This document shows, piece by piece, positions 36,190 through 45,111 of a stretch of 64,000 nt of DNA. The notes beneath the pieces are model-generated. The model was not told where the DNA came from. It was given only the letters and a program-made list of their open reading frames with translations, and ran no database searches. The stretch comes from Chlamydiota bacterium (GTDB lineage Bacteria; Chlamydiota; Chlamydiia; Chlamydiales; Parachlamydiaceae), in assembly GCA_013287905.1 (NCBI GenBank), contig JABDCW010000003.1, forward strand, positions 8,921 through 72,920, read 5' to 3'. Each line of letters opens with the position of its first letter. Positions within the stretch are counted from its first letter, which is position 1. The translations under genes and the position numbers were made by a program.

Positions 36190-36729
36190 TTACCTTGGTA
36201 TTTCCCATAATTGAGGGGGTCTGATCCCTCCAGCACATAGAGGATCATGCATATGGGGTGTTTTTATTTCCTTTTGAAGAATTTTATTAGTATGCCCTTT
36301 ACCATTTCCATCGTATCTTTTTACACTTTCCCAAGGATTTGGATTCTTAAAATTGCTTTGAGGTTTAAAAGTTTCATAATGGCTAATTTTACCAGTTATA
36401 GAATCACGTCTGAATACTGAATGGGCTCCCATTGCATTTGCATCTGCAACAAATCTGTTACGTCCAATTTTTTGAGCAACTTCCGTTATCCCCTTCCCCA
36501 CATCAAATGCTACTGCTTCTCCCCCTCTTAAAGCAGAAGTTCCCTTTGAGAAGCATGAAGCAAGTACAGCAAAGTCAAAAAAAGCTTCTCCATAAACTGT
36601 GCATCGCTCACTAAATGGTACAATTGAATCGAGATAATATGCCTTCATGCATCCAGGCGCAAAAGCACATCCTAGACTCTCGATGGGAGCTTCTCTGAAC
36701 CTTTGGGACAATTCACCCCATTCATTCAC
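36190..36729 (-). CDS. orphan RHS C-terminal toxin module (no N-terminal RHS body)
   Basis: Residues 2-80 are homologous to RHS residues just upstream of its variable tip (NEWGELSQRFREAP.ESLGCAFAPGCMKAYYLDS...RGGEAVAFDVG.G). A different ~100-aa tip follows. It begins with a GTG 2 nt after the preceding immunity stop and has no RBS. Confidence 0.75.
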   Translation of the reverse strand: MNEWGELSQRFREAPIESLGCAFAPGCMKAYYLDSIVPFSERCTVYGEAFFDFAVLASCFSKGTSALRGGEAVAFDVGKGITEVAQKIGRNRFVADANAMGAHSVFRRDSITGKISHYETFKPQSNFKNPNPWESVKRYDGNGKGHTNKILQKEIKTPHMHDPLCAGGIRPPQLWEIPR

Positions 36730-36731
36730 AC

Positions 36732-37199
36732 TTATATAAAATAAATTTTTGATATAATAAACGATGTAATTATTTGATTTTTTATACCAACAATTAAATC
36801 ATTAGAAATTTGAAAAAAGAGAGAATTAGAATCATCATCAGTTAATTTTATTTTTAGGATTCCTTCATTTGAATATTCATAAATTGGTATAAACCTAAAT
36901 GAATATCGATCGGTATTTTCATACCCCTCAAGAATTTTTAATAAACCAACTCTGCAAATTTCTGGAAGTTTTATTTTATCTACATATACCCAGTTTTTTT
37001 TATTTGTAAAAGCATCTAGTGAAATAAATTTTTTATTCAAAGAATTAAAGGTAATCGTTAATGTGTCATATATTAATAAAAATTGATCAAATATTTTATA
37101 GGAATTTGTTTCATATTCAAGTGAATATTCATTTTGATAATAAAATCCTTTTCCCGATTCCTCGTACTCATTTTCAAAAACACCTAATTTTAATTCCAT
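36732..37199 (-). CDS. putative cognate immunity protein of the RHS toxin tip
   Basis: 155-aa ORF starting 10 nt after the RHS stop. It is very AT-rich compared with its neighbours. No family recognised. The call rests on position. Confidence 0.65.
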   Translation of the reverse strand: MELKLGVFENEYEESGKGFYYQNEYSLEYETNSYKIFDQFLLIYDTLTITFNSLNKKFISLDAFTNKKNWVYVDKIKLPEICRVGLLKILEGYENTDRYSFRFIPIYEYSNEGILKIKLTDDDSNSLFFQISNDLIVGIKNQIITSFIISKIYFI

Positions 37200-37209
37200 A
37201 TTTAACAGC

Positions 37210-40200
37210 TCACTCGTAATGAAAATGAAATATTTTCTTGTCTACTTCACTATAAATAATATTCAGTTCATATTCTTTGTTGTTTTTGAATATGTTGCGA
37301 ATAATTTTAGTTGTGTTTGCAGTCATTTGGGGATCTGGTATTTTAGTACCACTATTAATTGCTTCAGCAAGAATATGACGTGGTACATATCGATTGGGAT
37401 TAGACATATGTTTCATTGTTGCGTGGGTGAAGTTTAATTCCTTGGCTAAGTTTACACTGGCCTCAACTTCCCCTATAAGTTTCACACCCCCCCTCCCCAC
37501 ATCAAAAGCTACCGCTTCTCCCCCTCTTAAAGCAGCAGTTCCCTTTAAGACGGATGAGACAAGTACAGCAACGTCAAAACAGGCATCACCATAGGCTGAA
37601 CAATGGTCAGCAAGTGAGGCATTTGAATCGAGATAATATGCCTTCATGCATCCGGGCGCAAAAGCACACCCTAGGCTTTCCATGGGAGCTTCTCGGAACC
37701 TTTGTGACAATTCACCCCATTCATTCCAGGTATTGTGCATTTTATTGTTGAGAGCGGAAGAGTCACCATAGTATTCATATTCAAAATCGGCGTTCAGCCA
37801 ATGACCCATATTGCTGGCGGAATGGAAAGCGCCTGCACCGAAGTTGTATGCCCCAGCTCCAAATCCTCTACAAAAGTTTAGACCTCCCTCCCATAGACTT
37901 TCCCCCCAAAGGCCATAAGCATCGATCCGGTTTAGAGGATTATTACATAAATAGGCATAGAGATTTAGACCATCTATAAACTCGGCAGGATCAGGAGAGG
38001 TCCAGCGGGCAATCTGGGGATCATAGTAGCGCCTTCCAAAATAAATTAGCCCTGTCTCAGGATCAAAACGTTTACTTGCAAAGCGCCAGGGGTTGAGATC
38101 TCTATTTTCGTTTAGTTCACTGCCAAACGAAGAATAGTGATACACTTTTGAGGGTTTACCGTCAGATGTCAGAAGCATTGAGACATTGCCGAAGATGTCA
38201 TGAAGGGGAATGAAGAACTCCTGGTCAAGTTTGATGGCTATGGCAGATCCATGTTCAGAACCATCCATGCTTAAAATGCGAAGTTCTTGCATCTTCCCAT
38301 TTCTGAACATCCCAATTTCATTTTGTCCATCATAGAGATAGCTCTCTTCGCCCTTTGAAAGGCGGCGATCAAATGGGTCGTAAACGTAATGAACCGATTG
38401 ATCAGGAGTTACGACAGAAATCATCCGGTTGAGGGCATCATAAGAATAATGGGTGATCTTTCCGTACTCATTTTTTTGAATGCGATTCCCATTGCAATCG
38501 TACGTGTATTTAATGTTATCCTGCTCCAGAAGCTGGTTTAAAGAATCTATTGCACAAGGGAGTTGATCTTTGGCAATTCGGTTGTGAAGGGAATCATAAG
38601 CAAAATCATGACTCTCTGCCCCTTCTTCAGATGTAAGCCGATAAAGATCATCGTAATGAAACTTTCTGGGAATAGTACCTGAAGAATCTTCCATTTGATC
38701 GGAAAGAACATTTCCCGCTTTATCAAAGCTTTGGATCGAATGCCGCAAAGCCGCATGGTTTAAGCTAAGCCGTCTTTGATTGCAATCATAGAGATAGCTT
38801 ATTGTGCCTGCTTGTTTTGGCAGAGTGCTTTTTAGGAGATTTCCCGATTCATCATAGGCATCAAATGTATGTGTCATTTCATTGCATGTGACCGACTTGA
38901 GGTGGCAGGCGTCATATGCAAAATGAACTTCCACATTTTCAGGAAGGATCATTTGCGTCTTTCTGTCCAGACAATCATAGGAATAGCCGATGTGTAGACC
39001 ATTTCCCAAAATTTCTTTTTCGAGCCGCCCTTCGGGGGTAAAGATCCGATAGGTTGTTTGGCTATTCACCGCATCTTCCACTGCAGTGACCTGGTCGTTC
39101 CGGTTATAGGTGTAACGATAAGAAATAGTACCGTCAGATGCAGATAGTGCGGAAAGCCTCCCTTTCGCATCATAGGCATGTAACAAAACAGTCCCATCCG
39201 GCTTTATGTAAGAAGCTTTTTGGCCGGATTGATTATATGAGTGGGTGGTTGTTCGCTTGTGTGGAGTATCGGGATTCTCGGTTTGCATGATCATTTGATG
39301 CATGGAATTATAGATCCATTCACAGACATATTGCGAGCGATAAACACCATCGATCAAATTCTCTTCTTCAATGCGCAGCAAGTCTCCTTCGAGATTGTAC
39401 AAGTATTTTTTCTGTGAGAGAGGCAGCCCATACGCATTTACTTTTTGCCTTTCGATTGTCCTTCCAAGGGGATCTTTTATCTCAATCGTTACATTTCCCA
39501 TTGGATCCATTGTATGAATCTTGGTGCCGACAAGTCCACCATCTAAGGGATAACGATAGTCGTACAGGTACTCCGTGACATTTCCTTCGGGGTCGATCTC
39601 TTTGAGAATTTCCTGACGGCTGCTATAGAAAGACTGGGAAAGGGACTTTCCCGTTTTCGTTTGAGTTTTCTGTCCAAATGAATTGTATTCGTATTCCGTC
39701 TGAAGGTAGATTCTGCCTTCCAGATCTTTAGTAACTTCTGAAAGAATTTGCCCTATTAAGTCGTAGGTATACTCCTTTATCCTTGCTTCTTGATCTGAAA
39801 TCCAAGAGATTTCCTGAAAAATGTTTCCAAGGGAATCGTATATGTATGTTGTCTTTGATTTTCCCGCTGTTTTTTCAATCAGGCGGGCGGCTCCATCGTA
39901 TTTGTAGATGGTCAACATCCCTTCCCCATCCTCTTCGGAAGTCAATAGGCCGCCCTTATAGGCCCTTTTACTTTGGCTTAAAAGCTGTCCTTCAGGACTA
40001 TAGAGTTCCTCCGAAACGATCTGATTTTGGCAGTCTCTTAGGTAAAGAGTATAGCTTTGATTTTTATGGACAGTTTTATATAGAGCCCCATTCAGGTAAT
40101 ATTCAAATTGCTCTTTTGTTCCATCCGGATAATTTATATGAAGAGTGTCGCCATTACTATTGTACTGTGTGTGCGTTGTAAATCCAAGTCTATCCTTATG

Positions 40201-42441
40201 CAAGATTTGATGACCTAACGTGTCGTAGAAAAATGACTCTATTGGCTGAACAACAGTGCCATTACTAACTACCGCAGGATAAGTGATGGATTGGAGCTTA
40301 TTCTCATCGTTATAAGAAAAATAGGTGGTATGCCCCTGATGGCCCGTTGTAGATATTCTATTTCCGACAAGATCATAGCAATGCCGGGTTTCAAAAGATC
40401 GCCCATCCTTGTGCCGCTCTTCTACCCGTATTAACCGGTTCATCAGGTCGTAATCATAGTGTGTAGCAAACCCGTGCGAGCCATTTTCTTCGAAGATCAG
40501 ATTATCGTTTTTATCGTAACTTCTTCGAATTTCCTCTTTAAGGGCATTGATCTCTTTAACGACATTTCCATGAGGGTCATATTCCCAATAGAGAGTATAT
40601 TGAAGGACATTTACAGCATCAAAGACTTCCTGCTGAATCAGTTTTCCATCAATGGCATAGCTATTGACAGTCCGCTTTAACTGTCTTTCCTCATTTGTCT
40701 TAAGATCTAAGAATGTCTCGGTGACTTGTTGAGGCAAACCAAAAGGGGCGCAAGCGGTGGGGAGAAAATGGGTGATTTTTCTGAAAGTGATTCCTGAAAT
40801 ATCTTCCTTATTGCTTGTAGAACCATCATCGACTATTTTTTTAGTAAGAAACAAATTCTCATCATAGTCGTTAAATTCCCTGAGTAAAATTTGGGTTTCA
40901 CTATTGACGACAAGCTTTGAAGTGACTGCGCTGCTGTTGGGGTAGTAACTATAGAGAATTCCTTTTCCATTACTTTCCCGGTCAGTGAGCACATCATTCC
41001 CGTCGCTGTAGGAAAAATGATGATCATAACAATCAGCGCCATTTGGGACGGGTTTAGAATTCCCATCCAGAATAATTTGTGGCGAATTTTTTCCTGTGAT
41101 ATTTCCGTAACTGCTCGACCTTGTTACATTGCCCCTGTCATCGTAGTCAAATACTTGCCCTTTCAAAATATTGGCATAGGGATCTCTTACATATTTGGCA
41201 AAGAGATTGCCATCCGATTCATAATAAAATGAATCCCTTGAAATTTCTTGGGCAAAGCTATTATAGCGAAGAACATGGATTAATCGTTCATCCTGGTCGT
41301 AAATGTAGGTCATCTTCTGATTGTAGGGATCGATAACATCTGTAGAACCAAATAGCAGTTTCCCTTGAGATTTATTGAAGCGATAAGAAAAACGATGCGT
41401 GGCAAGATATTCCCCATTTTTCCCAATAGGAGCTTGAATTTCTTTTACGCGATCAACCAAGTCCCCTCCCTTTTCATAATAGATAAATTTTAAACCTCTA
41501 CCTTCGGGGAGGGTTTTTTCATTGATGATTAAATGATGATCATACCGGCAGGATTTTGTGTAGGAGTATTTAACAGTTGGCTTTTCCGGATTTTCAATAG
41601 AATTTAAATACAAAGTTTCCCAGATTATCCCATTCTTATTTCGCTTTTTCTTTTCGAAATGATAGGTGACTTTTTTTCCTGTTGAGGAGTCAACAACGAG
41701 TTCCCTACCATGTTTAGGATAGGTAAAATTAAGTTTACCATAGACAAGAGTATCTGCCCGGTTCCCTTGGCGAATTTCTGCTATATCGAGATCTCGATTA
41801 TAGCGAAAATGTTTTTTTGTTCTGTCTGAATTGGTTTCTTCATAGAGAGCGAAGGATACCCAGCTACCCTCTCTTTGGCCCTGTAGAAAAAGTTGCGCGG
41901 TACCATCCCCAGAAATAAGCTCTCCTGAACATCTATATTTTTTGTCTCTATTATTGAAAGAAAGAATGTTGTTTTTGATATTTGTTTTGCCACTTATCTT
42001 TTTTGATCCACAGTTTGTGTACCCTTTAGTAGGAGTAAATGTAAAAGCTATTTTTCCTTTCGGTTTGTGTTTCAAACTGACTTCAAATTTCGCTCTTGCC
42101 CCATGCGGCGATGTTACAAGCGCTGTGCCTGTGCCTTTGGGGTCTGGCTGGTAATAAAAGATTGGGGTCGGTTCAATAAAATGCCAACTTCTGTATAGAT
42201 CGGCACCCGAGGTATCCCCACTGCAATATGTACGTTGGAGCATAAAAGGACGAGGGCCTGGAAGAACCAAATCCTGCTCGTGGATCACAAGCTCGCCGGT
42301 AATTGCAGACACATGGCCGGCGACAATTGAGCTCGACAACCCTTCTGTAGAGGCAAGGGAGTCTGTAGTCAGAGAATCAAATTCAGCTCCGGAAATCGTG
42401 GCAAATAGAAAAAGCAGCACACATAGTAATATTTTTTTCAT
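37210..42441 (-). CDS. RHS / YD-repeat polymorphic toxin with Sec signal peptide
   Basis: I prefer the ATG at 42441 (MKKILLCVLLFLFATISGAEF). There are dozens of YD repeats (Y.YD..G....). The core ends with RYYDPQIARWTSPDP...NPLNRIDAYGLW (W codon 37906-37908). A 231-aa C-terminal extension follows. Confidence 0.9.
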   Translation of the reverse strand: MKKILLCVLLFLFATISGAEFDSLTTDSLASTEGLSSSIVAGHVSAITGELVIHEQDLVLPGPRPFMLQRTYCSGDTSGADLYRSWHFIEPTPIFYYQPDPKGTGTALVTSPHGARAKFEVSLKHKPKGKIAFTFTPTKGYTNCGSKKISGKTNIKNNILSFNNRDKKYRCSGELISGDGTAQLFLQGQREGSWVSFALYEETNSDRTKKHFRYNRDLDIAEIRQGNRADTLVYGKLNFTYPKHGRELVVDSSTGKKVTYHFEKKKRNKNGIIWETLYLNSIENPEKPTVKYSYTKSCRYDHHLIINEKTLPEGRGLKFIYYEKGGDLVDRVKEIQAPIGKNGEYLATHRFSYRFNKSQGKLLFGSTDVIDPYNQKMTYIYDQDERLIHVLRYNSFAQEISRDSFYYESDGNLFAKYVRDPYANILKGQVFDYDDRGNVTRSSSYGNITGKNSPQIILDGNSKPVPNGADCYDHHFSYSDGNDVLTDRESNGKGILYSYYPNSSAVTSKLVVNSETQILLREFNDYDENLFLTKKIVDDGSTSNKEDISGITFRKITHFLPTACAPFGLPQQVTETFLDLKTNEERQLKRTVNSYAIDGKLIQQEVFDAVNVLQYTLYWEYDPHGNVVKEINALKEEIRRSYDKNDNLIFEENGSHGFATHYDYDLMNRLIRVEERHKDGRSFETRHCYDLVGNRISTTGHQGHTTYFSYNDENKLQSITYPAVVSNGTVVQPIESFFYDTLGHQILHKDRLGFTTHTQYNSNGDTLHINYPDGTKEQFEYYLNGALYKTVHKNQSYTLYLRDCQNQIVSEELYSPEGQLLSQSKRAYKGGLLTSEEDGEGMLTIYKYDGAARLIEKTAGKSKTTYIYDSLGNIFQEISWISDQEARIKEYTYDLIGQILSEVTKDLEGRIYLQTEYEYNSFGQKTQTKTGKSLSQSFYSSRQEILKEIDPEGNVTEYLYDYRYPLDGGLVGTKIHTMDPMGNVTIEIKDPLGRTIERQKVNAYGLPLSQKKYLYNLEGDLLRIEEENLIDGVYRSQYVCEWIYNSMHQMIMQTENPDTPHKRTTTHSYNQSGQKASYIKPDGTVLLHAYDAKGRLSALSASDGTISYRYTYNRNDQVTAVEDAVNSQTTYRIFTPEGRLEKEILGNGLHIGYSYDCLDRKTQMILPENVEVHFAYDACHLKSVTCNEMTHTFDAYDESGNLLKSTLPKQAGTISYLYDCNQRRLSLNHAALRHSIQSFDKAGNVLSDQMEDSSGTIPRKFHYDDLYRLTSEEGAESHDFAYDSLHNRIAKDQLPCAIDSLNQLLEQDNIKYTYDCNGNRIQKNEYGKITHYSYDALNRMISVVTPDQSVHYVYDPFDRRLSKGEESYLYDGQNEIGMFRNGKMQELRILSMDGSEHGSAIAIKLDQEFFIPLHDIFGNVSMLLTSDGKPSKVYHYSSFGSELNENRDLNPWRFASKRFDPETGLIYFGRRYYDPQIARWTSPDPAEFIDGLNLYAYLCNNPLNRIDAYGLWGESLWEGGLNFCRGFGAGAYNFGAGAFHSASNMGHWLNADFEYEYYGDSSALNNKMHNTWNEWGELSQRFREAPMESLGCAFAPGCMKAYYLDSNASLADHCSAYGDACFDVAVLVSSVLKGTAALRGGEAVAFDVGRGGVKLIGEVEASVNLAKELNFTHATMKHMSNPNRYVPRHILAEAINSGTKIPDPQMTANTTKIIRNIFKNNKEYELNIIYSEVDKKIFHFHYE

Positions 42442-42532
42442 ATCAGGAATTTCTTTGGATGAGTTGTGAATGAGATTATATATTGGCCAATAATAGTTCA
42501 AGAAAAAATTAGAACGTGCAGCAATTCTAATC

Positions 42533-43786
42533 TCAACCGTTATTAGACTTTTGAAGATCCTCATGCTCAAATGCAGAGGACATCCGATCGATTTCTGCTT
42601 TTTTTATTTTAAATTTCGCAGCCTCCTTTCGCCACAAAGCCGTAGCCCCACTCACTTCTCTCAAGATTTTTCTTGCCTCTGTGGAGTCGATATCAAAATA
42701 ATGGGCCACACTCAATGCTAAATCAATGGATGCACTGGGGTCTGTCAGATCGATGGCTGTGGAGAGGATTCTTGGTTTGATATCTGTTGGCACAGGATTC
42801 AAATCATAAGCGGGCGATATGCGCCAACCTTGCAAGCCTGAATAAAGAAATGCGTGATTACGCAAGTGGTCATCTACGTTAGATACCAAAACATTAAAAA
42901 CAATCCGGCGCCAAAGGGATGCTAAATCTTCTTTAGGGGAAGCACTCATTTGACGTATGGCATCTGCTATTTCAAGATAACTATGCATTTCATTATCTCT
43001 CGCAGAAAGAGCGCTCATAGCAGACAGGAATGGAATACGAAAGTAACCTTTTCGATCAAACCGCCTGGATATAAGAATTTGCTTGTGACCGATAGATTCG
43101 AGACGCCATTGAGGGACATCAATTCCTGCTTTGCCGGCTAGAGTAAGAGTAACCGCTTCCCATGCAATGATATTTATTTCATCGCTATCGCTTGGAAATT
43201 TAGCAATGCTTAAGTGCCCATCTTTATCCCTTACAGAAGCCTTGGGTCTGGCTCCGCCTAAAGATGATCCGGGAGCCAGCAATAATCGAAGGTCTTCTTC
43301 AGTATCCGAATCCTGCAAAACGTGAGTTGCTGCTGTAAGAAGTTTACCAACTGAAACTAAAGGGGGAATATGATTCTTATGATAAGTCGTTAGAAAAGGA
43401 CCCTGCTCACTCTCTTTAAAGCGGATGGCTCCTTGTCTGCCTTCGTCATCAACCATTAATAAGAAATCGATTTCTTTTAAAGCGCGCGGGGTTCTTTTCT
43501 CTTTTTCAGCATCTTTTCTCTCAGAACGCCGCATGAGCAGGCGTCCCCAACGATCAGGAGCAGAATCATCAATGGCTCCAAAAATCGGCTTATCAGCTGA
43601 TGCATGAAAAGAGCCGCCAGCTAATTTTAAAGCCGGGTCCAGTGAAAATCGGTTTGTATGCTGCAGCCACTCCCTGTCATATTCAAAGGACATACTTTCT
43701 CGTCCATTGCGAAAACGTCCCCAAAGCTGACCTACTTTTAGCGGGACTCCTAAGAGATCCACGTAGACAAGGATAGCCTGTTCCAT
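42533..43786 (-). CDS. hipA: HipA-family serine/threonine kinase toxin
   Basis: The N-terminal coupling domain has GQLWGRF...FEYDREW. DSAPDRWGR, the HipA_C region with GGARPK, and DDHLRNHAF (catalytic loop) are present. The ATG at 43786 lies 1 nt after the hipB stop. Confidence 0.85.
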   Translation of the reverse strand: MEQAILVYVDLLGVPLKVGQLWGRFRNGRESMSFEYDREWLQHTNRFSLDPALKLAGGSFHASADKPIFGAIDDSAPDRWGRLLMRRSERKDAEKEKRTPRALKEIDFLLMVDDEGRQGAIRFKESEQGPFLTTYHKNHIPPLVSVGKLLTAATHVLQDSDTEEDLRLLLAPGSSLGGARPKASVRDKDGHLSIAKFPSDSDEINIIAWEAVTLTLAGKAGIDVPQWRLESIGHKQILISRRFDRKGYFRIPFLSAMSALSARDNEMHSYLEIADAIRQMSASPKEDLASLWRRIVFNVLVSNVDDHLRNHAFLYSGLQGWRISPAYDLNPVPTDIKPRILSTAIDLTDPSASIDLALSVAHYFDIDSTEARKILREVSGATALWRKEAAKFKIKKAEIDRMSSAFEHEDLQKSNNG

Positions 43787-43787
43787 C

Positions 43788-44120
43788 TTAAGTACCACTA
43801 CTGTCTTTTTTGGAAATTCGGATCCGTTTCGGCAAATTTTCCTCTTCCAATTCCAGACCTAATTGATCTGATGCAGAGTCGACTAATTCAGCTAGTCGTC
43901 CGACCATGCCTAAAACAAATAAAACCCGGGCATATGCCCCCAATGAGACCCCCTCTTCCCCCCTTTCAATTTTGCTTAAAGTAGCGCGGGTAATAGACGC
44001 TCGTTCCGCAGCAAGTTGCATGGGGATTCGGCGTCTTTTTCTGGCATTGCAAAGATCCTGACCGAGCTTTTTCAAAGCTCGTTTGACAGGAATGGGTGTA
44101 TTTTTAATGTTCATATTCAT
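43788..44120 (-). CDS. hipB: HipB-like XRE-family HTH antitoxin
   Basis: The HTH region is LCNARKRRRIPMQLAAERASITRATLSKIERGEEGVSLGAYARVL. It lies immediately upstream of hipA. I prefer an ATG at 44120 or 44114 over the TTG at 44132. Confidence 0.8.
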   Translation of the reverse strand: MNMNIKNTPIPVKRALKKLGQDLCNARKRRRIPMQLAAERASITRATLSKIERGEEGVSLGAYARVLFVLGMVGRLAELVDSASDQLGLELEEENLPKRIRISKKDSSGT

Positions 44121-44151
44121 ATACCATACCAACTTTATTGTATAGAATTGG

Positions 44152-44281
44152 ATACATTAAGTCAATTTATCAGGAATAATAATCGAGCTCTTCATTTTTT
44201 TTGGTCCTATTACTCTCCAATTGAAGATCCTAATGTTCAAATGCAGAGGAGATCCGATCGATTTCGGCTTTTTTTATTTTA
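44152..44281. other. rearrangement scar: copy of the 3' end of gene 45058-45849 fused to a copy of the hipA 3' end
   Basis: 44152-44219 aligns to 45040-45111 as a direct repeat. 44221-44281 aligns to 42551-42611 (encodes KIKKAEIDRISSAFEH* versus KIKKAEIDRMSSAFEHED). Confidence 0.85.
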
Positions 44282-44370
44282 CCTAAATTTTTTTTAATTT
44301 TCATTGATCCGTCATTGTGATATTCTATTGGAAAGACGAGAATTTTCAGCAAGAGGCTGGTAAATAAGGT

Positions 44371-45021
44371 ATGATAGACGACATTTGCCCAATTTCTGGG
44401 GAGACTGTAAGAGAAGAACGAGTCAACCAATGGACGCATTTCATCGGATTGCTCCTAAGTATGTTCGGCTTTCCTATTTTGATTGTGTACAGTAGTTTGA
44501 AGGGCGATGCTTGGCATATTGCGAGTTATACCATCTATGGGGTGACGCTGATTTTACTCTATTTTGCTTCTACCTTCTACCATGGCTGCAAAACGTTGCA
44601 TAGCAAAAAACATTTAAGGGTTGTGGATCACGCTTGCATCTATCTTTTAATTGCAGGTTCCTACACTCCCTTCACATTAGGCCCTTTGAGGGAAACTAGC
44701 GGTTGGATTCTACTTACCATTGAGTGGAGCATTGCCGTTGTTGGTATTCTATTTAAAATTTTCGCTATCGATCGACTTAAAACGTTCTCTCTTATTACCT
44801 ATCTTCTCATGGGATGGTTGGTCGTTGTCAGTTGGTCGACGCTAATGGAAACACTTTCCACCTCCACTCTCGTCCTAGTGGGCATAGGAGGGTTATGCTA
44901 CACTTTAGGTTCTATTTTCTTTGTCTGGGAAAATTTGCGGTTCAATCATGGCATTTGGCATTTATTTGTTCTTGGGGGAAGTGGGTGCCACTACTGCGCC
45001 ATTTTATTTCTGCTAGCCTGA
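44371..45021 (+). CDS. hemolysin III / PAQR-family channel protein
   Basis: 216 aa with 7 TM helices. NQWTHFIG, FYHG, VDHACIYLLIAGSYTPF and HLFVLGG are typical of HlyIII/YplQ. Confidence 0.85.
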   Translation: MIDDICPISGETVREERVNQWTHFIGLLLSMFGFPILIVYSSLKGDAWHIASYTIYGVTLILLYFASTFYHGCKTLHSKKHLRVVDHACIYLLIAGSYTPFTLGPLRETSGWILLTIEWSIAVVGILFKIFAIDRLKTFSLITYLLMGWLVVVSWSTLMETLSTSTLVLVGIGGLCYTLGSIFFVWENLRFNHGIWHLFVLGGSGCHYCAILFLLA

Positions 45022-45039
45022 ATGTTCTCAAGATAAGCC

Positions 45040-45111
45040 ATACATCAAGTCTATTTATCAGGAATAATAATAATCGAGCTCCTCATTTTTTTTGGGTCCT
45101 ATGACTCTCCA
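45040..45111. repeat. direct-repeat partner of 44152-44219
   Basis: atacatcaagtctatttatcaggaataataataatcgagctcctcattttttttgggtcctatgactctcca. It overlaps the 3' end of the 45058-45849 gene. Confidence 0.85.

Noticed and set aside
39783-40181. 132-aa ORF and several 60-77-aa ORFs inside the RHS gene (both strands)
   Set aside because: These are shadow ORFs within a 5.2-kb gene whose YD-repeat reading frame is continuous.
35249-44132. Type VI secretion or Tc-toxin context for the RHS protein
   Set aside because: There are no VgrG, PAAR, Hcp, TssB/C or TcA/TcB-like genes in the window. The RHS protein has a classical Sec signal instead.
44230-44439. 69-aa minus-strand ORF ending KIKKAEIDRISSAFEH
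   Set aside because: Its C-terminus is the duplicated hipA 3' fragment and its 5' part is antisense to the hlyIII start. I treat it as a scar, not a gene.
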